Source: Klebsormidium nitens (lineage: Eukaryota > Plantae > Klebsormidiophyceae). Taken from it: a stretch of 64,000 nucleotides of DNA. The DNA is taken from NCBI GenBank assembly GCA_000708835.1, contig DF236986.1, positions 186,001 through 250,000 on the forward strand. Direction: 5' to 3'. Below the pieces are notes generated by a model, which saw only the letters and a program-made list of their open reading frames with translations, ran no database searches and was not told the origin of the DNA. Of this stretch, positions 63,403 through 64,000 are shown one piece after another. Made by a program: the position numbers and the translations under genes. The first letter of the stretch is position 1, and every line of letters begins with the position of its first letter.

Positions 63403-64000
63403 GCTAGTTCGCCGAATGTGGGGACTGGGCAGCATTTTGGCTATTTGGAAGTCCCAGGTTTCAAACCAATGTTTCTAACACCTCAAGATGCAACATCTAA
63501 GAAATAAGTCCAACCTGAGCTGCCACCACTTGAGAGCGAAGAAACGCAGAGACACGCCTTCACATGCCGCAAACGCAAAAGCCTAGAGAAGAATCAAACT
63601 ATGTGTCTCTCGTTGCCTAACCCTCGTGCACCTGAGGATCTTCCTGACTTTTGCTTTGTGGCCATTATGCATCTGGCTGCTAAAGCTCGAGCTAACTGGA
63701 GTCTGGGACAAAATGAGTACATGTATGCTAGCATGTCCCCTACTTTTTCTCCTCCATTGTGAGGCGCTGCAGACACTTTCTAGCCCCTACAAAAATAGCG
63801 GGAGTGTGCAGGTTCAGCTCCGGCAAGTCAGGCTGAGCGGATTCCGAAGCCCGCGGAAGATCGTCTCTGACACAATCTCGATTCCGCCGGAATCGACGGA
63901 GTCGGCCCTGGCATAAGGAAGGAGATTGACCATTATCGGACACCTGGCAGGCTTATAATGTTTAACTTTCCTAGTGTCAGTACTTTTGCGGCTGGCCATA

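Noticed and set aside
63626-64000. Short ORFs at the right edge
   Set aside because: No motif support and truncated by the window.

Overview
Intron-rich eukaryotic DNA (GT-AG introns, GC3-rich exons, one 883-N gap), most likely the charophyte alga Klebsormidium nitens; the species is inferred from the channelrhodopsin sequence, not shown directly. I reconstructed seven complete multi-exon genes by hand: cytosolic ribulose-phosphate 3-epimerase (-), an active-type rhomboid protease with a long N-terminal tail (-), a BRAP2/BRIZ-type RING/ZnF-UBP E3 ligase (-), a 6-repeat polyubiquitin (+), a CoqF/At1g24340-like flavin monooxygenase (-), an 11-exon cation channelrhodopsin with a long tail ending in a pseudo-receiver domain (+), and a NEN-like DEDDh exonuclease (-). 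There are also two frameshifted F-box paralogues, a partial NZF-finger gene at the left edge, and several small inverted-repeat elements. Two things stand out. First, the channelrhodopsin architecture. Second, a pervasive pattern of 'splice-junction echoes': at about 20 exon boundaries in 5 of the 7 genes, the splice site plus the adjacent 10-100 nt of exon is repeated 1-4 times, in degenerate tandem form, inside the neighbouring intron. All alignments and counts were done by eye.
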